The notes under the pieces: model-generated
Told to the model about the DNA's origin: nothing
Database searches by the model: none
What the model saw: only the letters and a program-made list of their open reading frames with translations
In this document: one piece after another, positions 17,669-27,241 of the stretch
How the letters are laid out: every line of letters starts with the position of its first letter
Numbering within the stretch: position 1 is the first letter of the stretch
Assembly: GCA_050506795.1 (NCBI GenBank)
Contig: JBJHCF010000006.1
Location: 64,001-128,000, forward strand
DNA length: 64,000 nucleotides
DNA from: Opitutia bacterium
GTDB lineage: Bacteria; Verrucomicrobiota; Verrucomicrobiia; Opitutales; T3Sed10-336
Direction of reading: 5' to 3'
Translations under genes and position numbers: made by a program

Positions 17669-20331
17669 TCTTCATCGTCCTCTTCGTCCCCGGCGATTAC
17701 AAGATTCTGGCGCCACCAGACAGTGTTCACTTGGTACTCCACAAGTTTTTCGGGCCTTCTATTCGAGCCGGGGTCTCCCGGAAAGCTGATTCCATAAGTA
17801 GGCAAAAGGACCTCTTCGGTGGCCTGCTGATCTTGTTCCGGATTGACGAGCGTGAGCATGAGAAGAGGATGACGGCCCGGTACTTTGCGGTACTCTTTAT
17901 CGGGAACATTTCGGTTACCGTAGGCCGTCTTGATCTGCTCGATCTGTTCGTCCTTCAATCCAGCACGCTCATCGCCGCGCGACGCAATCCTTCGCTTTTT
18001 GAATTCGATCTTATTCCCGTTCTTGGACAGCACCGTCCGCTGGACAGGAGTGATTTCACGCTCACCGACAGTTACGGAACGCCCGTCAGTGAGAGAGACG
18101 GAGCGGAGCAAAAGGTCGAATTCATCGCCTCGCTGGACCCGCAACCATTCGATATAATCCAGCAAAGGCTCTGGATAAGTCAGAAGGCTCTCGGGATGGT
18201 TGTGAAAGCTTTGCAGGACCGATTTGACGATGGAGCCTGGCAAGCCCTTCCAAAACCAGCCCAAGCCTCTGATCCACGTCGCTGACTTGATCTTGTCGGC
18301 CTCCCGGACTGCACTGGCAATTACTTCCCTGTTCTCCGCCAAAGCCTCCTCATTCGCCAAAATAACGCTTGTCTCTGCGAGTCTCCCCTCCAGAGAGATG
18401 CTGACCGGCACCTGATGAGCCGAACGCATCTTGTTACGGGCCGTCACGATCAGGGCAGCAGGATGGCTGCGGACACGGAGTCCGAATTCCAAGGGAGTCA
18501 TGCGAGCCAACTCCATTCGCTTGAAGTCGTGGCGGAGCTCTTCGGTTGCCTCTGCAATGTGCGCGTACCAGGAGGCCGCCTCACTGGTCATGAAGATCCG
18601 GCACACGTCAGCATAGCCATCGCGATAGCCGAACCACCGGCCCATTTGCATGAGCGTATCGTACATAATGCTGTTCCGGAGGAAGTAGCTCACAAGCAGC
18701 CCCTCCAATGTCAGACCCCGGGAAAGGCCCAGTCCGCCGACTGCAATCACAGTCCGGCCAGTTGGGTATGCATCCCGGCTATAGTCCAGTTTTGAGGTGG
18801 AGGCGGAATTCACACTAATTACCTCGATGGGGTCGACAGAGGCCTTCAACTGCTTCTGAACGTCAGGCCAATCGAATTCGGTGCTTTGATACTCCGTCTC
18901 CCACACTTCAAATAGTTCCCGGAGCAACCGATTCTCCAAGGCTTCGTCCATGGGAAGACCTGCGTAGTTTCCGATCGCTTCCCGGCGCAGCTTAACCTCA
19001 TCGAGAATCAATCCGCTAAGTAAATTCTGAACGCCAGTGAATCTGCTGGCATTTACCATCATGGAATGATGTTGCTCCGTTTGGCCACGAAGCAGGCGGA
19101 TTGTCTTGGCCAGAATAAAAACGTTGATCGCTCTCGAAAGGGAGTTTGGGAGCTGGGTCGGCCTGAAATCAATTTTGTGCCGGAGAGGAAGCAAATCCTC
19201 ATGGTCATCGACTTCGCGAACGCAATCGAGGTCCGTCTCTTCTCCAAAGACGCGATCAGCGCCAACGTAGTTGTCCGGCGGGTCCAGGCTCAAAATGAAA
19301 TCACGTGGAAAAAGATCACGGTATATCTCTCCGTTCTCCATTTCGTCCTCGCTCTCAGGGTCGATAAAAATATTGGCGAAGGGAGTTGCCGTGTAACCAA
19401 CAAAAGATGATCGGTCAAAAAGCGCCAACAGGTCACGGATTGCCCTGTTGATGGCGGTCGGGTCGCGGTCCTCCTTGTTCGTATTGATCGACGCGTGGTC
19501 AGCTTCGTCATCGATCAAGAGCATGGGAAACTCCTTCAACTGATAGCGATTGTGCTCAACAAGCCAGTTGCGGAGGTTCTCCAATGTCGACTTGTTCTTT
19601 TTCAGGATAAGCAGAACGGGCTCCCTGAGGGCTCCTAACTCCAATGCGATTGCATTGGCCGTAGCCTTTTTAAAATCCTCCAAGCTCGTCGTAAAACAGA
19701 CGGGGCGTCGCTCCGTGCCATACTTCGCTGCGCCGACGTGCTTTCTCGTCCTTGTGCACCAGCCCATAAAATCAAAATCGAGCCTCTCCTGTGTCTGATT
19801 CCGAAGCGAGTTCAGAAGGCCGGCCAAAACAATGATGACCTTGTAGCCTGAATCAGCAGCCTTGGCAATGAGTCCCGTGTAGTTCGCGGTTTTACCGGAC
19901 TGGACGTGGCCCACAACCAGCCCTTTTCGAGCCCACTTTCCTTCTTTTGACGGATCCTCCAGATGATCCAATATTTTGTCCGTCAACGCATCCAAGGTTC
20001 TGACGACATGCGGAGGAAACCCTTTCGCCATCAGCAACTGGCGATACCGCTTCCAATAGTACCAGTCGATATTCCCTTGCCTGGCTCCCAACCAGGGACG
20101 GTAGTCCTCTGCCTGGAAAAGCGCGCCAATACCCATTCTAATGTCGTACAGCGACTGGACTCGCCTGCTGGCTTCTTCGAGGTCTTCCTCGGAGTATGGA
20201 GTTGAAGCCGTAAGTGAAAGCACCTGGGCATGGGCGTGGACAAGGCCGTAGAGCTCGGTTTCATTGGGAGGATCTTCCCGAACTTCCAAGGCGTCGGTAA
20301 CGTGGTAAACCAATCTGTCTAAATCAGCCAT
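17665..20331 (-). CDS. Z1-domain SF2 helicase-like protein (MzaC-like)
   Basis: 'GHVQSGKT', 'LIDDEADHAS', 'GYTATPFAN', 'LSRGLTLEGL', 'DTLMQMGRWFGYR'. Confidence 0.95.
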   Translation of the reverse strand: MADLDRLVYHVTDALEVREDPPNETELYGLVHAHAQVLSLTASTPYSEEDLEEASRRVQSLYDIRMGIGALFQAEDYRPWLGARQGNIDWYYWKRYRQLLMAKGFPPHVVRTLDALTDKILDHLEDPSKEGKWARKGLVVGHVQSGKTANYTGLIAKAADSGYKVIIVLAGLLNSLRNQTQERLDFDFMGWCTRTRKHVGAAKYGTERRPVCFTTSLEDFKKATANAIALELGALREPVLLILKKNKSTLENLRNWLVEHNRYQLKEFPMLLIDDEADHASINTNKEDRDPTAINRAIRDLLALFDRSSFVGYTATPFANIFIDPESEDEMENGEIYRDLFPRDFILSLDPPDNYVGADRVFGEETDLDCVREVDDHEDLLPLRHKIDFRPTQLPNSLSRAINVFILAKTIRLLRGQTEQHHSMMVNASRFTGVQNLLSGLILDEVKLRREAIGNYAGLPMDEALENRLLRELFEVWETEYQSTEFDWPDVQKQLKASVDPIEVISVNSASTSKLDYSRDAYPTGRTVIAVGGLGLSRGLTLEGLLVSYFLRNSIMYDTLMQMGRWFGYRDGYADVCRIFMTSEAASWYAHIAEATEELRHDFKRMELARMTPLEFGLRVRSHPAALIVTARNKMRSAHQVPVSISLEGRLAETSVILANEEALAENREVIASAVREADKIKSATWIRGLGWFWKGLPGSIVKSVLQSFHNHPESLLTYPEPLLDYIEWLRVQRGDEFDLLLRSVSLTDGRSVTVGEREITPVQRTVLSKNGNKIEFKKRRIASRGDERAGLKDEQIEQIKTAYGNRNVPDKEYRKVPGRHPLLMLTLVNPEQDQQATEEVLLPTYGISFPGDPGSNRRPEKLVEYQVNTVWWRQNLVIAGDEEDDEE

Positions 20332-21841
20332 GTGCCGTACATTCCTCCGAGATTAATTGCTCAACGAGGTCGGGAGAAAGTTTCACCGTCTCGATCTTCA
20401 AAAGCTGCTGCTTGAGAGCATCCCCTGCGAAGCCGGCGTCGCGGAGAGCCTGGATCAACTGAAATATGATTTCACGAGACTCCGATTCAGTTACAGCAGG
20501 AGCCCATTCAAGTTCGTCGTTCGCCGCATCCGCGAAATGAAGGTCGGTCGGAAACGAAGCCCCGATAAGCTTGAGGCAAGTCCGAAAAGAACGCTTTTGT
20601 TCGTCGCCCAACTCCCCCAAGAGCCGAGAGATGAGCGGATGGTCCTCGTTCACCATGTAAGAGACTTGACCGGACTTAATCTGACGCCGCCAGACTGGAA
20701 TGTTATGTCGGGTGGCCACATTCGTTGCACGCTTGGTGAAGACGCGCCGACCAGCTCCCGCAATCTTTTCGATCACCTTGCGGAGTTCCCGACGCACGGC
20801 TTCTGGAGGATCAGCTTGTGACTTCTTGACATCCAGCTTCCAGAGATGATCGAGCGTATTCGGAATGTCCACGCGAACCCGAATCAGCTTGTTCAATTCC
20901 TCCTTCCGTATCATTCGAAACCAGGTTCCCTTGATAATTAACCGGCGATTTCGGTAGAGGTAAAACCCCTGATTTTCCAAGTAACCCTCTGCCCCACCGT
21001 ACCGCTGATACTCGGCTCGTGAAAGCTTTGAATGGTGCGGAAGGACATAGGCTTGCACTTGAACCGTGTGACCATGGATCGGGATTGAAAGACTCGTTAG
21101 TTCCTGGCGAGCTAATGCAGGAGGTCCGAAGGGGTCGAAAGACTCCAGCCGCGACCCATTGAACCGAATCACAACTGGCGCTTTCCGTCTCCCAGGAGAA
21201 AGGAAACGATGAAAGACCATCTCCAGATGCTTCCGGGCTATTGCCATCGCTTCAGAAAAGCCGTTTTCACCAGAGCTGAACTGGGAGTTTCCAAGAAGAG
21301 GGTCAAGGTTTCGCCATAATACGATTGTCCCAGCCGGCGTCTGCTGAAGGTGACGCTGCACGAGGCCGTCTAAAAAAGAATCGGACCCAATGTCGTCGGC
21401 TAATAAAAAGTGTGCACCCCATTCAGTGGAATCCTGGCCAGTGATTTCATCGATGTCCCACTCACACGCATGGATGCTACCTTTTTTCTTTGAGATCACC
21501 GTCAGGTGCCGCGATTGAGAGATGGACGCGGTCTTCATCCCCAACCCGAACCTACCCAGATCTGACGCAGCGCGCGCTTCTCTGGGAGACATGCTGCCAA
21601 ACCGCATTCCTTCCAGCAAATCCTCAGCCGACATGCCGTGGCCATTGTCGATAACAGCGATCCAAGGATTGCCTTCGTTCCAACGAAATTCGACGTCGAT
21701 TTGCTTGGCCTCTGCAGAGAGGCTGTTATCGACTATATCGGCCAGTGCAGTCTCCAGCGAATATCCAATGCTTCGCAAGGACTCCAGGATTGATGCAGGC
21801 CTCGGGCTAAGATCAACTACTTTTGGGCGACGAAAAACCAT
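20324..21841 (-). CDS. MORC/MutL-type GHKL ATPase (MzaB-like)
   Basis: 'SLRSIGYSLETALADIVDNS', 'DNGHGM', 'DLGRFGLGMKTAS', 'QGFYLYRNRRLI'. Confidence 0.93.
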   Translation of the reverse strand: MVFRRPKVVDLSPRPASILESLRSIGYSLETALADIVDNSLSAEAKQIDVEFRWNEGNPWIAVIDNGHGMSAEDLLEGMRFGSMSPREARAASDLGRFGLGMKTASISQSRHLTVISKKKGSIHACEWDIDEITGQDSTEWGAHFLLADDIGSDSFLDGLVQRHLQQTPAGTIVLWRNLDPLLGNSQFSSGENGFSEAMAIARKHLEMVFHRFLSPGRRKAPVVIRFNGSRLESFDPFGPPALARQELTSLSIPIHGHTVQVQAYVLPHHSKLSRAEYQRYGGAEGYLENQGFYLYRNRRLIIKGTWFRMIRKEELNKLIRVRVDIPNTLDHLWKLDVKKSQADPPEAVRRELRKVIEKIAGAGRRVFTKRATNVATRHNIPVWRRQIKSGQVSYMVNEDHPLISRLLGELGDEQKRSFRTCLKLIGASFPTDLHFADAANDELEWAPAVTESESREIIFQLIQALRDAGFAGDALKQQLLKIETVKLSPDLVEQLISEECTAHG

Positions 21842-21955
21842 TTACCTTATTGGGGATAGAAGCACAGGATCAATTGGTTTGTCCAGAAAAACAGCGCCCA
21901 TCTTGCCATTGGAATAGACGTGCCGAACGGGACCGGACGAAGATTGCATTTGCGC

Positions 21956-24196
21956 TTACAGCTTCCGGACCATCGTTCCCAGAATCGGATGGGCGATCTC
22001 GTGCCTGGGCACGCGGATTGGTTCGTAGTCGGGGTTGTCGGGTTCGAAAATCCAGTGGTCGGCGTCCTGGGTGAGGCGTTTGATGGCTTCGGTGCCGTCG
22101 GTGGCGGCGCCGAATTCGGGGAGGTTGGCGATGACGATTTGGCGGCCGCTGCGGGGGGTGCGGTGGTATTCGAAGATGACGAGGTCGCCGATGTTGAGGG
22201 TCGGCGTCATGGAATCGCCCGTGACCCGGACGACGAAGCGGCGGTGTTTGGCCAGATGGGGCGGGACCGCGATCCAGTCGAGCTCTTCGGTAGCGGTGAG
22301 GTCGCCGGTTTCAAAGCCATGGAAGGGGCCTCCGGCGGCGAGCGTGGCGACGAGTGGAAGGTGGGTCTTGAAGGCGCCGTTGCCGACTTCATGGAAGGGC
22401 AGGATATTTGGGCCGGCGTCTGCGGGTGCCGGTTCGCCCGCGAAGACTTGTTCTTCACGAACCGGGTAAGGAGGTGGCGAGGGTTTGCGGCGGGGTGCTT
22501 GGGAGCGCGCTCGTGCGGTCGAAACTTTCGGGTCCCACCGGGGAGCGCCGCGTTGGACGGCCGTCACTTCGAAGGCCTCGACGAAGCGGGTGAAAAGTCG
22601 ATTCTCCCAGTTGCCGCGCTCGAAGCGGTCGCGCCCGAGGAGGGATTGCGCTTCGCGTTCGAAGCGTTCGCCAAGGGCGTTGTCGAGTCCCTGCCAAACA
22701 TCGATGATGCGGTTGCGACGACGGTGCAGGAGGTCGTAACTGGGAAGCCGGTCGCTCTTGTTCGAGTTGGCCTTTGGATCGGCGGGGAAGAGGTTCCAGA
22801 GGTCATTGTTGCGCCAGAGAGCAAAGGGCATGGCGTGATCGACGGCGAAGCTCTTGTCCAGCCGTCGGTCCGTCCAGACGCAGACGCGGTCCCGGAGCGC
22901 CTCGAAGTAACGGCGGGCGTCGTGGACGTTGCGTTCGGCGTCGGGGACCTGCAAAAGGCAGTCGATCACCTGGCTGGCCCGGACGCCGTCGTTGATTTGT
23001 TCGGTCAACTCCGCCCACCGTAGGAGAGTGGCGTCCTGTATCCAGTTTCCGGTGAGGCAAAGCTCCCGCCAGAGGGATGCGGTCATGGTGATCGCGGACG
23101 CATCCGGATCGTAGGTGAAAACGAGGTGATCGCCTCCTCCAGCATGGCGGACCGGCATCCTGATTGAGTTTTTGACCTGTGAAATTGCCTTTCGGAATAG
23201 TCGCCTCGCGTCCGGACTGAAGCGATCGCTCTTCCAATCGACGTAAAAGGCAGGGAGCCCTCCGATGTTTGCGTATTGCCTAATCAGAGCGTTCAGGGGC
23301 GGGCGGATCGCGACATCGGACCCTGACTTATTGGTCCCCTGCCAAATCGGCGTCTGGGAAGCGAAAATCGGCCAGTAATAGAGAATCCATTTTTCCGCGA
23401 CAGCGGCGAGTGGAACCAGAACTCTGTCGTCCGGCGTGAAGGTGGCAACGTGGTGCTCGGTCTGGGCGATCTCGGCCAGGGCGCGAAAGAGCGCCAGCTT
23501 GTAGGTGGCGACCTTTTTGTCCCGGTTGAGAATGCTCTCGACGAGGTTAAGCGGACGATCCGCGGTCTCGTCCAAGCGGGTGAAAACCGTGATGTTCCAT
23601 GTGTATCCCGGACGGCCGAGGCTGTCGGGGGCGTCTTCGGTGCTTTTGACGGCGAAGCCGACGCGCTCGAAGAGGAGGCGTAGTTTTGCGGGAGGGAGGT
23701 CGGTGAAGAGGCGTCCGGCTTCGTCGCGGCGGGTTTCGGGATCGATTCCCGGACGGCTTGAGGGAATGGAGACCAGGAGCGTGCCGCCGGGACGGAGAAC
23801 GCGCCGGAGGCTGTAAACGGCGTCGAAGATCGCCTCCTCCGGAAGGTGCATCAGGACGGCGGAACAGAGCACGCCGTCGAACTCGTTGTCCTCAAATTGC
23901 GTCAGGTCGGGGAGAGCGGCCGGAAAGAGGCGGTTTTCCGGGGAAAGCCCCTTCTTCCGGATAAGCGCTTCCGCCTCCGCCAGCATCTCGGGCGAAGCGT
24001 CGACTCCGTAAACGTCCTTGCCCTGGCGCAGAAGGTGGACGCAGTCGCGTCCCGTGCCGCAGCCGGCGTCGAGGATTTTGCGTGCTTTCTCAAAGGCCCG
24101 GTCGAGGGTGGCGAAGTAGTCGGAACCGCCGCCCTGATAATCACCCGCCAACCGGCTGGCGTTCCGGGCGTAAAAGGCTGCGGTCCGGGCGTCCAT
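21956..24196 (-). CDS. Fusion of class I SAM methyltransferase, HNH nuclease region and C-terminal S24 (LexA-like) peptidase
   Basis: 'ILDAGCGTGRD'; 'KKVATYKLAL'; 'VDHAMPF...DLWNLFP...ANSNKSD'; 'LAAG...VTGDSM...AIKRL'. Confidence 0.88.
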   Translation of the reverse strand: MDARTAAFYARNASRLAGDYQGGGSDYFATLDRAFEKARKILDAGCGTGRDCVHLLRQGKDVYGVDASPEMLAEAEALIRKKGLSPENRLFPAALPDLTQFEDNEFDGVLCSAVLMHLPEEAIFDAVYSLRRVLRPGGTLLVSIPSSRPGIDPETRRDEAGRLFTDLPPAKLRLLFERVGFAVKSTEDAPDSLGRPGYTWNITVFTRLDETADRPLNLVESILNRDKKVATYKLALFRALAEIAQTEHHVATFTPDDRVLVPLAAVAEKWILYYWPIFASQTPIWQGTNKSGSDVAIRPPLNALIRQYANIGGLPAFYVDWKSDRFSPDARRLFRKAISQVKNSIRMPVRHAGGGDHLVFTYDPDASAITMTASLWRELCLTGNWIQDATLLRWAELTEQINDGVRASQVIDCLLQVPDAERNVHDARRYFEALRDRVCVWTDRRLDKSFAVDHAMPFALWRNNDLWNLFPADPKANSNKSDRLPSYDLLHRRRNRIIDVWQGLDNALGERFEREAQSLLGRDRFERGNWENRLFTRFVEAFEVTAVQRGAPRWDPKVSTARARSQAPRRKPSPPPYPVREEQVFAGEPAPADAGPNILPFHEVGNGAFKTHLPLVATLAAGGPFHGFETGDLTATEELDWIAVPPHLAKHRRFVVRVTGDSMTPTLNIGDLVIFEYHRTPRSGRQIVIANLPEFGAATDGTEAIKRLTQDADHWIFEPDNPDYEPIRVPRHEIAHPILGTMVRKL

Positions 24197-24451
24197 TCGG
24201 GATTTAGATAAACGGCAAATAGGTTTTTTGGGAAGGGGAAAGTGCGTTCCGGCGCCTGCGGGAACGCACTCCAGGTTTTTCGTGAGGCGGCGAAGGTAGA
24301 ACTAGAAAACTGGAATCGGGGAAGGGGCGAATTCACCGCGGTGTTGGACCCGACCGGGCGAGTCACGAATTCACTACGGGATTGTGGGTTCTTTCGGTTA
24401 CAAATCCATCCTTGATGCAGGATGGTTCAAGCACCAGTCTTTACAACGTAA

Positions 24452-24591
24452 ATGAAGCTACCCCGATCCGAATCGGCAATTGTCGAGAAAGACAAACTCG
24501 TCGGCTATCTCCTGAAATCCGATCCATCTGGCAGACGAATCAGGAAACGCTTGCACCGAGGTTGATAACTGCGTACCCTTTGAGTGAGTGA
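24452..24591 (+). pseudogene. DUF6883-like gene with a large internal deletion
   Basis: N-terminus MKLPRSESAIVEKDKLVGYLL joined out of frame to a C-terminus RSIWQ...PRLITAYP, directly upstream of DUF4926. Confidence 0.65.
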
Positions 24592-24821
24592 TGATCAAGG
24601 AACATGATGGCATTGTGCTGACTTCCGATTTGCCGGAACAGGGATTGCGGGCCGGTGATGTAGGGGCGGTCGTCCATATCCATGCGGGTGGCGAGGCCTT
24701 CGAAGCGGAGTTCCTTTCGTTGACCGGCAAGACGATCGCGGTAACAACCGTTTCGGCCTCTCAATGCAGGCCAGTCAATTCGAAAGATATCACCCACGCC
24801 CGAGAATTGCGATCGGCGTAG
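24588..24821 (+). CDS. DUF4926-domain protein
   Basis: 'IVLTSDLPEQGLRAGDVGAVVH...FEAEFLSLTGKTIAV'. Confidence 0.85.
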   Translation: MMIKEHDGIVLTSDLPEQGLRAGDVGAVVHIHAGGEAFEAEFLSLTGKTIAVTTVSASQCRPVNSKDITHARELRSA

Positions 24822-24855
24822 AATCGATTTCCAACAAGGATCCGGTGCCCGGGGG

Positions 24856-24965
24856 CCTGGGTGAGGCGTTTGATGGCTTCGGTGCCGTCGGTGGCGTTGC
24901 CGAATTCGGGGAGATTGGCGATGACGATCTGGCGGTCGCGGCGGGGGGTGCGGTGGTATTCGAAG
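24856..24965 (-). repeat. 110-bp diverged copy of 22066-22175 (S24-domain fragment)
   Basis: CCTGGGTGAGGCGTTTGATGGC...GGTGGTATTCGAAG, colinear with a few substitutions. Confidence 0.92.
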
Positions 24966-25093
24966 CTCGACTATTTGCGATGCCCAAAAGTGGCATCTGG
25001 AAGGTCGAGCACGTAAATCGCACTGGGGAGGCGTTTCCCGAATGGCAGCGATTCAACCGCTTGTCGAAATTCTTGCGCGTTCACAACAGTGCT

Positions 25094-25750
25094 TCAAATT
25101 TTCCAGAACTCATCGCCGTTCTCGACTTCATTCGTCTTTGCATCCTCCGGGGAATCTGAGGTGGTTTGGCCAGTATGATCGTGTCGGCTGCAGCCATCCT
25201 CAATTGGCAGTTTGCTCATGGATCGCCTGGTCTCAAGGAAATCACAAATGTCTTTCCAGCTTGATTCGAGTATCTCCAACTGCTCTTGATCCAGGGAAAA
25301 TGACCGGGTTGGGGTTGAAAAGGCGAGCAGTGTAGTACCGTTGTATTCGCTTTCGAAAATGGAGACCGGCGCGGAAGTACTGGCTCGGTCATTCGCCTTG
25401 GCGGGCGCCGAGGCATAGGACTTTGGTGAGGGTGGCGCTTGCTCAGCGCTCTCAATCCCCTCATACGCCAATAGGCTGGTTCTCAGCAGGTGTCCGAAGC
25501 TGACGCCTTCCTGTTTCGCAGCCTTTGACAGCTTGTCTCGAAGCTCTGCATCTATGCGAAACGAAATTTGCTTTCGCTCTTCCTTTCCGGCATCGAACTT
25601 AGCAAAATCGACTCGTGAAAGCACTTCTCGAATGACATCACTGGTCGATTTGTAACGACCGCTGGCACGCAATTCCTCAATCCTGGCGAGTGAGGTTGCA
25701 TCGAGATCGACGGTGAGTGGCGCTTTCTTAGGTTTTCTTGTTTCATTCAT
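25094..25750 (-). CDS. Tandem ribbon-helix-helix (CopG-like) DNA-binding protein with C-terminal extension
   Basis: 'LTVDLD...YKSTSDVIREVL' and 'QISFRIDAELRDKLSKAAKQEGVSFGHLLR'. Confidence 0.7.
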   Translation of the reverse strand: MNETRKPKKAPLTVDLDATSLARIEELRASGRYKSTSDVIREVLSRVDFAKFDAGKEERKQISFRIDAELRDKLSKAAKQEGVSFGHLLRTSLLAYEGIESAEQAPPSPKSYASAPAKANDRASTSAPVSIFESEYNGTTLLAFSTPTRSFSLDQEQLEILESSWKDICDFLETRRSMSKLPIEDGCSRHDHTGQTTSDSPEDAKTNEVENGDEFWKI

Positions 25751-25858
25751 GGTTGATGGCAAACAACCAGCACTGTACCGAAGCATCTGCGTGGAATTCA
25801 AACGGCAAAATGGTTGGCGCAGGGACCCTGTCGGACCATCAACACCTGATTCCTGGGC

Positions 25859-27241
25859 TCACAACATGCCGTCTCCCGCATCCTCCCGCCAGGCGTACCA
25901 GTCGCCAATCCCGAGCCGCTCGGCGAAGGCGTCGACCATTTTCCACTCGTCCCCGTCGGGCAGTTCGGAATCGAGTTCCCGCCAGAGGGAATAGAGTTTC
26001 CGGCCCTCGTTGAAGGCGGGGAGCTTCGCATAGGTCCCGGCGTTGGCGGTCGCTCCGCCGTAGAGATCGTCGGTGAACAGGGCGTAGGCGGTGTTGAGGG
26101 CGTCGTTGTAGCGGAGGATCGCTGCGGGGAAGGTTTCGCGGACTCGGGGCGACAGGGTGCCGGTCCGGGCCTCGTGGGCAAGCTGGGCGATCCCGCAGAA
26201 CTGCGCTTGTTTGAGTTCGGGGTGGTTCTCGCGGATCTTGCGCTCGATCCGCATATCGATGGCGCAGTTGTAAAGCAGGCTGGTGATACCGTCGAAAACC
26301 TGGGTGAAGAGCTGATTGATCGCGTCGGAATCGAAGCCTTTACGGCCGAGGGTGGCGAGGGGACTGGCCAGAGTCTCCCGGGCCGCCGTACGCTCGCGGT
26401 TCGAGGCCGTGAACCACATGCTCGCTCCACGCTTGCGCGCCGCGCTTTCCAGGATCACGTGGTAGAGTTCGTGGGCCTGGAGGTGGTGTTTGAGAATTTC
26501 GGGGAAATCGCCGCTTCGTAAAATGAGCTGGTGGTGGTCGAGCCCGTGTTTCCAGGCCATGCGGATCTTGGCGCCGATGTGCTGGGGCAGTTGACCCGGC
26601 GTTTCCTTGACCGGGTAGCCCGAGAGCTCCTCGGTCTGTCGGCGAAGGTCGGTGACGGCGCGGAGCGATTCGTCCTGGCGGTTATTCGCGAGGATGTTCT
26701 CGACCTTGATGAAGGTGGAGCGGGCTTCCTGCAGCATGGCGGCGGCCCGGGCGTCCTCGTGGTCGGATTCGTGGAAGAGGACTTCGAAGGCGGCCTCAGC
26801 CCCGGGAAAATCTTGTCGGCGAACGTACACCATGGCCTTGCCGTAATGGGCGTTGGCGAAACGCGGGTTCGCCTTGAGCGCCAGGGCGAAGTGCCGGAGG
26901 GCTTCCTCCTCCCGGTCCTCTTCGAGGTGGGCGGCGGCGAGGCTGTTGTGGGCGTAAGGATCGTCCGGGGCGATCTCGATGGCGCGTTCGAGCAGCGTGG
27001 CGGCCATCTTGGGGTTGTTTTCGAATTTCGAGTAGTGGTTGGCCAGAATGACGTAACTCCAGTGGTCGTCGGGAGTGACCCGAAGGGGGTGGCGGAATCT
27101 GTCTATGGGGCGGTGAATATACGGAGCCCTGAGGAACGGTGGGTCGTCTGGGCTACCGGGCGGACAGAACGATTTTTCAAGCTGGGGCGGGTTTCTCCGG
27201 CGAGTGGGTGATTCATTCCCGGGCTGTGGGGATCTCCACAA
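25859..27241 (-). CDS. TPR-repeat protein with an HExxH motif (true start uncertain, probably 5'-truncated)
   Basis: TPR units 'LERAIEIAPDDPYAHNSLA' and 'ALKANPRFANAHYGKA'; 'AHELYH'; the first ~55 codons are not protein-like. Confidence 0.7.
   Translation of the reverse strand: MWRSPQPGNESPTRRRNPPQLEKSFCPPGSPDDPPFLRAPYIHRPIDRFRHPLRVTPDDHWSYVILANHYSKFENNPKMAATLLERAIEIAPDDPYAHNSLAAAHLEEDREEEALRHFALALKANPRFANAHYGKAMVYVRRQDFPGAEAAFEVLFHESDHEDARAAAMLQEARSTFIKVENILANNRQDESLRAVTDLRRQTEELSGYPVKETPGQLPQHIGAKIRMAWKHGLDHHQLILRSGDFPEILKHHLQAHELYHVILESAARKRGASMWFTASNRERTAARETLASPLATLGRKGFDSDAINQLFTQVFDGITSLLYNCAIDMRIERKIRENHPELKQAQFCGIAQLAHEARTGTLSPRVRETFPAAILRYNDALNTAYALFTDDLYGGATANAGTYAKLPAFNEGRKLYSLWRELDSELPDGDEWKMVDAFAERLGIGDWYAWREDAGDGML

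Noticed and set aside
21920..23023. 367-aa plus-strand ORF
   Set aside because: Antisense shadow of the MTase-HNH-S24 gene; no motifs
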